Part shown: positions 50,681 to 64,000 of the stretch, in pieces
How the letters are laid out: every line of letters begins with the position of its first letter
Numbering within the stretch: position 1 is the first letter of the stretch
NCBI GenBank assembly: GCA_051294375.1
Contig: CM119266.1
Location: forward strand, 20,212,729-20,276,728
Direction of reading: 5' to 3'
Source: Paraspadella gotoi
Lineage: Eukaryota > Animalia > Chaetognatha
DNA: 64,000 nucleotides
The notes under the pieces: generated by a model
Seen by the model: only the letters and a program-made list of their open reading frames with translations
The model's database searches: none
Told to the model about the DNA's origin: nothing
Program-made: the position numbers and the translations under genes

Positions 50681-51836
50681 TTGTTTTGTAAATTTTTTTA
50701 AAGAAAAATATGTGGACTAATATAAGTTAAAAAATATATTACTATGTAGAAAAAAAAAGATACGCATTTGGATTTGGAATATGAATACAGTGAGACGTCT
50801 AGCTTTCTAACCCGCCGTATCAATTTATTAACAAATTTGACAATGATATTAGAAAATGACAGTAGAATAAAAGAAAAAGTTTTTTATTTTAAGAGAATAA
50901 AAGAAAGGTCGAAAGATAAGAAAAGAAAAGTTACGAACCATTTTTTCGAAATCTTTTTTGGTCAAAATCCCGCAAGACCATTCACATTGTCATTAAAACT
51001 ATTGGAAATCGAATTCGGTGACATGACCTTTTTCGCTCCTTTGTTCTGAAAATTTTTATTTTTTCCTGAGGCATGTTATCAAGCGTGCGACGAACTGAAA
51101 CAAAAATTCCTGTTTCTTTGTTCCTCTCCTCAGCTTTTTTTTGGCTTTTGACTTGAATTTCCAAGAAAATAACGCAATAAATCTCTTTAATCTCTTATCT
51201 GCGGGAGCTGTATTGCCGAAGTTTAATTCATTCTTCGGATATCAGATTTTTGGTCCTCTGGATCTGACGGAGACGCAAAGTGGGAGGGGGGGCAGGGAGG
51301 AGAGGGAGAGAGAGAGAGAGGAGAGAGAGAGAGGAGAGAGAGGTGGAAGAGGGAGAGAGAAGAGAGGAGGAAAGAGTAACAAAGTTTCGTTTTCTCTCTA
51401 TTTTCAGTTTTTCTATAAATCCCTTTTTTCATTCGTGACATTGTCCAATCAAAACTTCCAAATTTCCTCTATCCTCTAATCTCTTCTCTCGCCTCATCCT
51501 TCTCCTAATCTACCCCCCACGCCCCCCAACTTTTTCTCATCCATCGTCGCTTGATTCATGACGAGTCGAAGCCCAACGCGTTTTTTACGACCGTTTCTCT
51601 CGTCGTCCGTTGTTTGTTGTTGTTTCTGTTTTATATTTTTTAGTACTTTTTTTTATTATATAGAATAGCATAATAATTGAAAAGTATGATTTTAATGAAA
51701 AAAGTTAAAAAGGTGTACTATTGTAAAAATAAATTGTTTAATAGTTTTGTATCAATAAGTTTCTAAAGTTCTAAAGTTCTAATACTGTTGAGTACTGAGT
51801 ACTGAGAGAAAGATAGAAAGAGGAAAAGCTAGAGAG

Positions 51837-51913
<77 letters not shown>

Positions 51914-52079
51914 GAAAAGGCCAGCTCGCTTCCTTATGAGTGATAAACGTCAAAGCGTCCAGAATCTCGCCCTTGATGGACGACTTGGTTTTGTTTACAG
52001 ACGCTTTTTGTTTATCGACGTAAACAAACTTGTGGTGGAAGATCTTTTTGCCTCCTCTCTCTCTCTCTCTCTCTCCTCT

Positions 52080-52118
<39 letters not shown>

Positions 52119-53098
52119 CTCTCTCACTTCTCTCTCTCTCTCTCTCTCTCTCTCCTCTCCTCACGTCGCTTGACATGAGTGGCGGAAGAATAAGCTACAT
52201 GAGAAGTTGTTTTCTTACATTTAATACTTGGTTTCTTTTTTAAAAAAAGCAAATTAAATATAAAAATAAAAAGGAAGACGAGAGGCTCTCATCTGCCGTG
52301 AAAAGTTTTTTTTTTTTTTTAAGCATTGAAGTGACAAAAAAAATCATTCAACGTTTGATGGATGATATGATGATGATTTGAGACTGACATCTCTCGACGA
52401 CGAACGACGACGACGACGACGACGACGAAGTTGATGATGATAGCAACGACGACGACCACAATGACCGAGAGGTTGTCAAACGGCGACGGCATCGACTAAA
52501 CCAAGTCGTTGACGACGATGGCGACGACGAAGAAGACGATAACGACGACCTCGTCCTCATTTTAACATTTCAATTTTTCACATTGAAAAAGGAAAAGACG
52601 CAACAGAAAGTAAGTGTCGGTGTGTCAGGTTGACCATGACAAAATTTAAATGACATGAGTCTTCATTGTAACGATCGTCGTCGTCGTGTTGTTTCGTTGT
52701 CGACGTCGTCATCGTCGTCGTCGTCGTCGCGTCGTCGTCCTCTGATTCTTCGCGTTTATCGTCATCGACTCGAGACTCGCGATGTCATCTTCATTTTTGA
52801 AATCTGTCGCTAAAATGTTCGCAGCGGGGACGACGACGACGACGACGACGACGGAAGACGATAACAACGACAACGACGATGACGACGATAGATTCACTAT
52901 CGTTTTTCTCGCCTTCAAAATGGGCACCAACAATCGTTACAACGCAATATAGTTTTATTAACCATGGGTAAATAACTTTGTGGAATTTCGAGGTTATGTT
53001 TGAGTCACAGTCTACAAAGTCATAAAAAAAAATTGAGAAAACGAATGTAATGAGCCAAAGGAAAATAAATGAAGAAAAAGACGCAGAGAGAGGAGAGA

Positions 53099-53171
<73 letters not shown>

Positions 53172-53344
53172 AACAAACTGAAACAAAACGAATGACTACG
53201 ACAATCGAAAGAATTTGTGTCACGTGACGAATCAGAGGTCGAAGAGGTCGAAGCTGAGAGGAGGAAGAGAGGAAGAGAGGAAGAAAGGAGGAGAAAAGAA
53301 AGAAAGAAGAAGAAAAGGAGGGATGAAGATGAAAGTAAAATTGT

Positions 53345-53468
53345 CCACCTGATCCAACTGATCCACCTGATCCACCTGATCCACCTGATCCACCTATCCA
53401 CCTGAATCCACCTGATCCACTATCCACCTGATCCACCTGATCCCCTGATCACCTGATCCACCTGATCC
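53345..53468. repeat. 9-bp tandem repeat (ccacctgat)n
   Basis: Direct inspection. Confidence 0.88.
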
Positions 53469-54011
53469 TATTTTCCGCTATTTTTTCTCAATTCAACTCG
53501 AATCGGACTTCGTCCACTTGACGCATCAACGCCACGGTCAGCGCCACGGAGTTGGTCACTTGACGCATCAACGCCACGGTTCAGCGCCAACGCTTCCGAG
53601 ACGCTGCAACGTTCTCCCCTCCAGGGTCTTGAGGTCGCAACAACGACGCCACCTCCCGGAGCGAGTCCAACCCAGGCGTCTCCATGGCAAACGTGGGGTC
53701 AAACCTCGGACCTCATTTGTCGGGACGTCGAGATTCCCGTTCCGACTTCGAAATGATTCCGATAACAGAGACGAAGAAGTGACGAAAGCGAAAGAAGGAA
53801 AAAAAAAGGCGAAGGTGAAACGCGACGCCAGATGGAGGAAAGGGGGGGCGGGGCGAGGGGGGATTGATGAAGGTCGACGTCTCAGCCGGTGTGGCTTCGA
53901 AGATCCTTCCAGCCGTTGGTCAACGAAACGACATAATGTTTCGGATCGTGCTCTCTCACTCTGTTTCTTTCTTTCTCTTTCCCTCATTCGCTCTCTCTCT
54001 CTCTCTTCTCT

Positions 54012-54079
<68 letters not shown>

Positions 54080-54744
54080 CTCTCTTCCCAATTCTTGCCA
54101 ATTGGGTGTTACTTCGAACGCCAAGTCACATCTATGAACCCGAGACATTGAACCTCTCACACTCGCCATTCCCAAGCTCCCCTCCGCCACGCGCTCCCCA
54201 CATCGCGCCTCCCGTCTCCCGCAACCGGGGCTTGGCGCTAGCTTTCCGTGGGTAATGACCCGTGAGCTGAGTTCCTCGTTTCTCATCCTGTTTAATCCCG
54301 CGCCTTTTTTTTTTTATTTATTCTCGAGACAGTCTGAGAGAAAGAAGAAAAAAAATATTTTTTTTGGCAGGGGGGTTCATAAAGTGAATCTATCAAAAAG
54401 CGGAGCCGCGATGATGCACAGCCCCACCTCCCCTTTAAAAAAGAAAGTGAATGCATTAAATATTTGGTTTTAAACGAAAGAAAAATAAAATAATGAAGCA
54501 TTAATATCTACATAAGACTAAGCAAAGCTTTTTTATCGAAATTTGATTTTAAATTAATATATATGCATTTTAATTCTAAATTGAACAAGGTTGATTCAGT
54601 ACAATACATGAGCATCAAACTAAGCTCGTAGAACTTTGTATAATATGTTCTTATAGTGTTGGTAATGTGTGTGCGTTAATGTGTTGTTTTATTTTGTTAA
54701 TTAGTTCTAATTCTCTCTCTCTCCTCTTCTATCTTCTCTCTCTC

Positions 54745-54783
<39 letters not shown>

Positions 54784-55054
54784 TCTCCGTCCTTTCCAAG
54801 CTTGAAGGGGTCAAGGAAACAGATAATTGATAAGCGAGTCTCCCTCTGTCTCCATCTTTTCCTTCTCCATCTCGCTGACCTCTTTCTCTCCATCCATCCA
54901 CTCTCCAACTCCCCGCCCCCCCCCCGATTTCGTCATTTTCGCTTCTGCTTTTCGCCTCTAAGAATTTTATGATATTCGCCATAAAATTTATTGTCCCTTT
55001 CTTGCGACAACGAAAGACGACTTCGAAATAAAAAAATGCCGAATAGAGAGAGAA

Positions 55055-55106
<52 letters not shown>

Positions 55107-55151
55107 CGAGAGAGAGAGAGAGAGAGNNNNNNNNNNNNNNNNNNNNNNNNN

Positions 55152-55182
<31 letters not shown>

Positions 55183-57341
55183 CTCATTGCTCAATCGCGA
55201 AGGAAACGAAGGCAAAAAGCGAGAAAAAAGTTGGTGGAAGCAGCGGGGATTCGGGATGGAAGGATTGGGAGGTGAAGAGGCGAAGTCGTTGAGTTACGAG
55301 TAGTAAGTCTATGCATTTGTGATGTTTAATAGTATTGATATCAAATTTAGGGGCCAGATCGCCTATATATAAAATGAAAGGGAAATTTTTATATTGGTTG
55401 TTCATATATCAGCTCCTTGTATTCGATGCCAATGGAGGAGTACAATTTGGTAGTCCCCCATCTAATACTAAAGGGAGTCATCCTTTTTATATACAATTGA
55501 AACGTTCTTATACAAATTTTATGACTCTATTGATAGCAAAGGGAGTGAATAAACTCGACTGTGATTGATTGAAAACTTGCAGGGTCCAGCAATGTCATTA
55601 TCCTGTAAGAGTAATGGATTCCTTAAACCACCAAAGCTTGTACCAAGCAAAGAGCAAAATAGCTTGTTCATTAAATGGATGATTTTTATTTTGGTTGTAC
55701 CAATTTCATAGCAGTAACTAAAACGATTCAAGGCTTTGATAATGTTTCACATTTGTGCGATCTTATACAAAGGTCGTAACGAAGGATCGGGTTACAGGAG
55801 TGGCACAGTGACACAGTGACAAGGGGTGACAGAGGCGACACAGCGACAGAGTTGGCCGGTGGGGTAGCAGGGATGAAGAAAGTAGGGTGGTCCCGTCAAC
55901 CATTAGTTTTTGGGTGTTTGTTAGACTCTGGCCTTCGAATTGTTGGGACAGAAGTCATCAATCAAAGACTGAAAAAGTCCTGAAAAATGTGATAAGGCGG
56001 GGAAAAGAGGGGCGTGGGGCGATTTGGGGGGGTACGAAAACCGGAAACGAAGGAGGGGGCGGGTCAGTGATTGATGGGCGTGGCGATCACGTGACTGATG
56101 GCGCGAAGAAAGGGTCACTCAGGCGTTAAGGAGGGGGAACGGGGGAAGTGGGAAGGGGAAAGTGGGAAAGGGGGGCGAAAAGTGGGAAAGGGGGGAAAGT
56201 GGCAAAGGGAGGAAAATGGGGGAAAGGGAACGATGGAGGCTCAACGGTAATTTTTCAAACGTGGCGAGTGTTTTCGTCCGAGGGGAGGAAGAGTGGAAAG
56301 AAAAGAAAATAAAATGGGAGCAGCTGCCGTTTCCTTTTTCTTTTTCTCTTTCTTTTTCTTTGTTTCTTAACTAAATTCCCGATCAAACTTTCCTCCTTTA
56401 ATCCTTTCCTCTGTCGTTTGCTTTCTTTTTCCTATTTTCTTTTTTCTTTTCTTTTTTTTTTTTTTTTTTTTGCTCGCGCGCCCCAATGATCGAGAAAGAT
56501 AGAACATGTGAACGTGTGAATGAACAACGTTCAATCGGCCTCTGCGCCAGGCGCGCGCTACACTCTTTACAAGCCCTACCAAACCGATCGAAGTCACAGC
56601 CTCAGGACACAAAGGTAATGTTTTAAAAACTTTTTTAAAAAAACAAACTTAAATGAATATAACCATGTAGTAGTTGGTCAATTTGCGAAATCGTATCCCA
56701 TTTTAAGTAGTATATCTTGTGTCAAAAGGATAAAAAAATTATTAGTTATAATCAATAGAGATAATAATAGAAATTTGGTCTGCCACTTCGCTTATAAAGA
56801 TACATATCGAAATATTTGGCCCCCAAAAAAAAAAAAATTTGAACAGATATCCATTTATTATTATACAATCAGGAATATATAAAACGGCGGCCATTTTTGA
56901 TCCCGCAAACAAACTTCCGCCGCCCTTCTTCTGATTCGTCTCCCTCCTCTCCCTCTCTCCCTCTCCCTCTCTCCCTCTCTCCCCCTCTCACTCCCCTTTC
57001 TCTTTTTTTTTTTTGATTGATCGGTCCTCCTCCTCTTCCCCCTCCCGGCCGACGGCACGGCTCTCCTCCTCTTCCCCGGATTTGATTGATGGCCCGTCGC
57101 GGTGGCACCTTCCTTTCTCTCCCATTTGTCATTCCTCTTTCGACGACAAGCAACATAAAAAGGAGGAGGAATGGGGTTGAAAGAATGGGGAGGAGGGCTT
57201 GGGGGGGGGAGAGTTGTGGGGAGGAGAGGAGAGGGATGTGGGGAGGGAGAAAGGAGATAGGTTGTGGTCGTGGGTTGAAAGATCGAGTTGCGGGCGGAAG
57301 AGTTGAAGAGAGCATGGAGCTCTGGAGAGAGAGACGAGAAG

Positions 57342-57404
<63 letters not shown>

Positions 57405-57785
57405 GAGAGAGAGAGCAGACGGCGCCACGCGCCTTAACGTCCTTCTTTTCGGCGCCGAGGGACGGAGAATGGCGCCGGTCGAGATCGTAAGAGCGCGCCC
57501 ACCTTGGACTGAAGACTGAAGACGGAAGAGAGGGGGCGCGGGAATCGGTTGGACGCGGGGCAGAGGCGGTCACGGTCACGAGTCGCGAGCGTGAGACGAC
57601 AGAATCGAGTTCGGGCGTGAACGGGCGTGAGCGGGGGAAGGGGGGCGTCTCGTCGCGAGGCTAAACTCGAAACTTGAGTGAATGTCGCGGAGGCGTTGGT
57701 TAAAGTGAGAAAACGACGATGGTTTTAACTTTTAAAAAAAAATGAAGAAAATTAATAAAGGATTAAATACTAAAAGAAAAAAAAA

Positions 57786-57816
<31 letters not shown>

Positions 57817-57818
57817 AA

Positions 57819-57849
<31 letters not shown>

Positions 57850-60139
57850 CATTAAAAAAAAGGGAGGATCGACCAGACGAAAAGAAAGAGAAGCGAAAAA
57901 AAAATACAATTGAATTGTGGCGCCGACTCGGCTGACAATCCATCAAATCCAGTGGCGCCGCGAAATTTAGCAGACGTCATCGATGATAAAAATGATAAAA
58001 ATGATAAAATCGTGATTATTGTTCGTTGAGAGAAAAAAAGGATGAATCACAACGACGTCACGTTTCTCGGTGAGTGAAATGAGTGAAAATTCGATGGCCA
58101 GATGACCGAGAAGACGTTAAGCGACGTCCGGTATTAAAAATGATGCAAGTTGAAAAAATAATGCAGAAAAATGGAAATAACATTACAAAATATTATTCTC
58201 GTCGCAGTTCGGTTTAAACCTTTAAGCGATTTACATGTTATTGGCGTAGCCACTGTTTTAAAGGTGAATTTCGCAGTTTAAATTTACTTTTTTTTGGTCT
58301 TTTTAATTCACGTTAGTAGAACATCTAAACCAATCCCAGCGCCCCTTTCAAACTTTTTCTCAAAACTATCGAGACGAAAGGAAATCTCCAGAACCTTGAG
58401 ACCAAGACCCCTTTGCGCGCCTCCCCAACGCCTGACCAATACCTGCGACCATGTAGCCAATAACAGCGACCGATAAATCAACCAAACGAATTCGATCCAT
58501 TCAAACCGTCAACGACGACGATGACGACGACGAAGACGACGACGAACTCGACGAAGATGAATGACCTTAAATTCTGCGTCGATTCTTATTGCGTCGGCGT
58601 CACTCAAAAAAAAAAAAAGGGGGGCAAAAGATGGAGGGATGGAGAGAAGGAAAAAGGGAGAAATGAGGGAGACTTAAAATGAAAAGAAAAGAAAATTAAA
58701 AACACAAATCTAAATGTACATATTACTCAAAAAATTATAAAAAAATGCATTGAGAAAATAAAAGAATAGACTGTGACACTAGCCTAACAATGAAAATGTG
58801 AAATGATGAAAAAAAAATGTAGTGGAAAAGTAATGTATGACGAAAGATTAAAGATATATGTTATTATCTTGTGAGAGGGATGGGGGCCTTAACTAACCAT
58901 AGTCTGTCCAGAGTCAGGGAAAAGATAGTTTATTTATTAAATGAATGGATACTTTTTATAATAGTTGTACCAATTTCATAGAGATTAGTAAGGCAGAGAG
59001 AAAAAAAGAGAAGAAAAGGAAAAAAAGTAGGAAAGTTGCGGGAGAAGCGGAGAAAAGCGGAGGAAGGCTGAGGAAAAAAGAAAGGGATTTTCTCTCGGCG
59101 GACAATGACTAATGTTCGGACGTCACCTGGACGAGAGGGGAGGTCACAAGAAGCCCGAGTCCCAAAGAAAAACTTCATATCAAAGAGGCTTTTGTCCGCC
59201 TGATGAGAGGAGGAGAGGGTGGGAGGAAAGGAAGGAAAAAGAGGAAAGGAAAGGGAGGAGGGGAAAGGGAAAGAAGGAAAGAGGAGATAGAAGGACTAAG
59301 AATCAAAGGAGTGAGAAGGGACGTGATGGAATTAGAAGAGCGAGAGATGGAAGGAAGGAAGGAGAAAAAAAAAAGATCTGGGTTTCGGAAGAAGACGGGC
59401 AGAAGGTGAAAGAGAAAAAGTCTGGAAATTTAGGAGAGATAATTCATGAAGGAAGACAAGAATCTCGCTTACGGGACTCGGGAACTATTTTTCCTTCGCT
59501 TCTCTCTGCCTTAAAAAAAAGAAAAAAAAGAAGAAAGGAGACAAAGAATGTGGTCGAGTGGAAAATGGCGAAACACTTTTTATTCCTCCTATTTTATTTT
59601 CAGTTTAAAGAATGATAACGAAAAAAAAAACACAACTAAAAAAATAGGGCGTTTATCTTAATCACTTCTTCCTCCTCCTCTTCCTCCTCCTCTTACTCAG
59701 TTCCATTCATTTAAAATTCGACGAACAGAAGAAATTGTTTCTTTGTCCGCCTCTTTCTCATTTTTTTTTCGGCCGGGGAAAATTTTTTTGATTGAATTCG
59801 GAGCTCGTGGCGCCGCCGCGCGGGATCGAGACAAACGATTCTTGCTTCCCTTTTATTCTCCGAGTCGCGACGACGAAAACAAATGACCATCGGAGAAAAA
59901 AAAAGTGTTTTTTTTTATTCGCGTCGTTCGCTCGTCAGAGGGCGGACGAAAGGCGGTGCCGCGGCTGCTGCGGCCGTCGGCAGCCCCTCCTTTCCTCGTC
60001 CATCACCAACGGACGTCGTACTTAACTCATTGACTGTTAAGCGCCCTCACCTCTTTTCCAAAACCTCACCTCTTTCATTTCTCACTGCGTTTCTCACTTC
60101 CTCATCACTACCCTTTACTTTCGACTACTACCACTTTGC

Positions 60140-60227
<88 letters not shown>

Positions 60228-60520
60228 GTGACATGAATTCCCCTCTTTCTCCTCTTTTCTCCTCTTTTCTCGTCAACTTTTCTCTTTTCTCACTTCTCTT
60301 TCCTCGTTTGATCTCATAGTGAAGTCCCTTCATCTTTTAATTTTTCTCCTCTGCCTATCTTTTTCCTCTTCTCCTCTCTTTCCTCCTATCCATACTCTCT
60401 CTTTTTCTTCCTTTCCTCTCTCCTACCTCTCTTTCCTTTTTGTTACCTCCACCCGCTTCAGTCCTCTTCGTTTTCGGACGCTCGTTTTTCTCTCTCATGA
60501 CCGAAAGAAAAATTACTCTA

Positions 60521-60552
<32 letters not shown>

Positions 60553-62146
60553 CACGATGATATTTCATCGTAATCGCGACAACCTTAAAGCTCAACTCAA
60601 ATTATTTTCTTTGTCATTTTTTTTTGGCGGGGAGGGGNNNNNNNNNNNNNNNNNNNNNNNNNNNNNNNNNNNNNNNNNNNNNNNNNNNNNNNNNNNNNNN
60701 NNNNNNNNNNNNNNNNNNNNNNNNNNNNNNNNNNNNNNNNNNNNNNNNNNNNNNNNNNNNNNNNNNNNNNNNNNNNNNNNNNNNNNNNNNNNNNNNNNNN
60801 NNNNNNNNNNNNNNNNNNNNNNNNNNNNNNNNNNNNNNNNNNNNNNNNNNNNNNNNNNNNNNNNNNNNNNNNNNNNNNNNNNNNNNNNNNNNNNNNNNNN
60901 NNNNNNNNNNNNNNNNNNNNNNNNNNNNNNNNNNNNNNGCCTCGGGCTGTGGCTATGGCCGTAACTCTTGATGCTGAATAACTGCTCTCTTCTGCCAGTC
61001 GCAGGACGAGAGAGAAGGATGATGGAGATTTTATGGACGGCGAAGCCATTCCTGTTTTTGTTGGCAGAGGATTTGCAGAGAGTGAGACGGAGAGGAGTGG
61101 AAGGGGGGGGGAGATGGATCGGACTCGATATTAGATTAGAGAATGTAACTATTAAAGGGAGTCGTCCTTTTATACAATCGAAACATAATTGTTATACCAG
61201 TTCATTGACAAGGAAGCCATGTCTTCTGGGAGTGAATAAACGAAACTGTGAGAGTCTTGATTGAAAACTGACAAAGTCTTGCTAAGTTATTATTTTCTAA
61301 GAGTGATAGAGCCTTTAATCCACCATAGCCTGTTCAAAATCAGGGGCAAGATAGCTTATTCATTATCAATAAGTTATGTATATTTTGAAATTTGACAGGA
61401 TCCACGGATGAGCTTAAAAGATGAAAAAAAAAAATAATCTAAGGAAAAGCGAAAAGGGAAGATAAACATGGGGAATGCTGAATGGTTGGTGGCCTCGTTC
61501 CGACGAGACGAACGTCAAAACCACGAATCCTCTTTGGATGATTTATCTCACGTTTGAATGATGTCGTCGTTGTTATCGTCGGCGTCGAAGGTCGTTGACG
61601 CCAACAGAATCCGTCGCTAGGCAACGCTCAAAAACAATTACGGGTATTCGGAAAAAAAAGTTTAAAAAATGAGTGAAATTTTAACTCGTTAATCATTTCC
61701 AAAGTTCATTAAAGCCTTATTTGATAATTTTTATAAAACCTCCATTGGGCATTCTTATTGACAAATACAGCCTGACAATCAAAAATGCCTTTTTTATTTT
61801 TTTTTTCTTTCTTTCGTTTTACTTCTCAACGAAGCCGAAGCTTCGAACGCTTGGCGACCTCAAACTGGGGCGAAGGAAAACCAGGACTCATAAAAACAAA
61901 CAAAGGAGCAAGCGAGGGGAAATGGAGCAAGGGAGAAAACCTCGAGATAAAGAAATAGAAAATTATAATGGAAAACGGTTGCTCTGGAGGAAAAGGGCAG
62001 AGAAATGCAAAATAAAATTGGGGAAAGAAAAAAGGAAAATAAACTGGAATTAAAAAGGTTGGAGTTGTTGAATCTAGGACTGAAATAGGATGAACGTTAG
62101 AAAGATTAGAGTAAAAGAGAAATAAAGAAAGAAAGAGAAAAAAAAA

Positions 62147-62149
<3 letters not shown>

Positions 62150-62233
<84 letters not shown>

Positions 62234-62235
62234 AA
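62150..62235. repeat. (AAAG)n microsatellite; another at about 57785-57850
   Basis: Direct inspection. Confidence 0.9.
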
Positions 62236-62721
62236 AAACTAAAGAAATAAACAAACAAACAAAAAAACCAAGAAAGAAACAAAGTAAGAAAGAAAAAAGA
62301 AGGTTTTTTTCAAAGAAAGAAAGACCAGAAAAAGTAAAACACCAAAGAGTATAAATAAAAAAGAATAAANNNNNNNNNNNNNNNNNNNNNNNNNNNNNNN
62401 NNNNNNNNNNNNNNNNNNNNNNNNNNNNNNNNNNNNNNNNNNNNNNNNNNNNNNNNNNNNNNNNNNNNNNNNNNNNNNNNNNNNNNNNNNNNNNNNNNNN
62501 NNNNNNNNNNNNNNNNNNNNNNNNNNNNNNNNNNNNNNNNNNNNNNNNNNNNNNNNNNNNNNNNNNNNNNNNNNNNNNNNNNNNNNNNNNNNNNNNNNNN
62601 NNNNNNNNNNNNNNNNNNNNNNNNNNNNNNGGGGTTCGATTGGATGATATTGGACGGGATTGCGAGTAACGGAGAGAGTGAGAGTCATTGTCTTACGTCT
62701 ATTAGATAAAAAAAAATTTAG

Positions 62722-63010
62722 GGCCTTATTTTCCCAGAACGCCCCATGTTATCTTATATTCCGAAATAGGTTAGATCAGGTTAGAGGATAGGATTAAAGA
62801 TTAGGTTAGGGATTAGGTTAGTGATTAAGGTCAGGGACTTAGTTTGTGATTTGTAATCGCGTAAGAGTTATAAATTAACAGTTTATGGTTTAGGTTCAAG
62901 ATTAAGTTAGGATTAAAGATTAATTTAAAAGTTCAAGAATATATTTGGATTAAACATTCGGATTAAAATTATAACGAACAGAAAAGGGGCATTCTTCGAA
63001 AGAAGACCCG
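62722..63010. mobile_element. Second copy of the TTAGG-core MITE-like element
   Basis: ggccttattttcccagaacgcccc identical to the copy at 35058; ends aaggggcattcttcgaaagaagacc. Confidence 0.6.
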
Positions 63011-64000
63011 AAAAAGAGAAAAATTCAGGTTATTGACGGTGGTTTCGAAAGTGGTTTGTAAGGTGGGTGTCGCGACATTAGGGTGGTTAACGTTTTTCCC
63101 AATGGGGATCAGAAAAGGTGATGAGGAGAAAATGGAATCACAAAGATAGTAGGGCGGAGTGAGAGAGAGAGAAAGAAAGGAAAGGTTTAAGAGATTCGAG
63201 GAAAGACGGTTACATCCTATTACTAGACAGGGTTGAAAAAGAAATCAGGGCGAATACAATATTTTACCCGGTTAATGATAGGGAAGGAAAGAAGTAATAA
63301 ACATGCTTAATTGCTTATGTGGGAGTGGGAGTTTTGTAAAATTTTACTTATTGTTATAAATTGTGATGTATCTAAAATTTTAATACTAAAGCTTCTTCTT
63401 TTTTATGACAACAGTTTTTGTAAAAACTTTTTAGTCCTTTTTTGTTCTTCGTGAAATAAATATTCTCTATTTTCTTTTGGGTGAAAAGGACAGAATATTT
63501 TTTTTTAATTGTATTTTTTATACCCCATTACAGGGGGAGTAAAAGCGTTTACAATATAATTTTCCCGGAGTAGAGCGATTCTGTTCTGGAAGATATTAAA
63601 CTGTATTTCGACTCAATCTTGTCTCGTCTTGTTGGGGTCATCTCGCCAGATCGACTGTGGGTGTCGCTGCTTCAACAATTTGATCTCATGAGAATCTGAC
63701 AATCTGGCCAAATTTGGGGGTCGACCATTTTCGTTCTTTTCTGGACAACTCGGGAAGATAAACATGTAATTTGATTGAATTAATGTGCATAGTTAATATA
63801 AATCAATTGTTAAGAGTATAGATATGGTAGAAAGTATATCTCGTCGCAGTCATAATATCTTCATTTTTTTCTCTTTTCCTTTTTTTTTCTTTCCTTTTTT
63901 TTTCTCGGCCGAATCCTTTCTTCGAGTCTTTCCCTTTTTCAACGAGACTCTTTTACGAAAAAGATTGAATTTTAGTGTCGAGCAAATTGGATTTTTTTTT

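Overview
Animal (bilaterian-type) genomic scaffold with spliceosomal introns, many (GA)n/(GAC)n microsatellites and N gaps. Bases 1-24153 (+) hold the 3' part of a KMT2C/D (MLL3/4, trr-like) H3K4 methyltransferase gene (ePHD, FYRN, FYRC, WIN, SET, post-SET). Two of its introns carry antisense nested genes: a BTB-BACK-Kelch gene and a divergent BTB/coiled-coil gene. A teashirt/tiptop-family zinc-finger gene lies on the minus strand at about 34.7-42 kb, followed by about 22 kb of repeat-rich DNA with no coding sequence I can support. The most notable signal is a family of non-coding mini LTR retrotransposons (TRIMs) whose LTRs contain a tRNA-like Pol III promoter. One complete element (35989-36724) has a PBS, a PPT and a 4-bp TSD, and three solo LTRs each have a perfect 4-bp TSD. 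The three subfamilies share a covarying terminal hairpin, and the architecture fits Helenus-like TRIMp3 elements. A minimal Penelope-type hammerhead ribozyme sits at 42223-42280. All gene models were spliced by eye, so exon edges are approximate.
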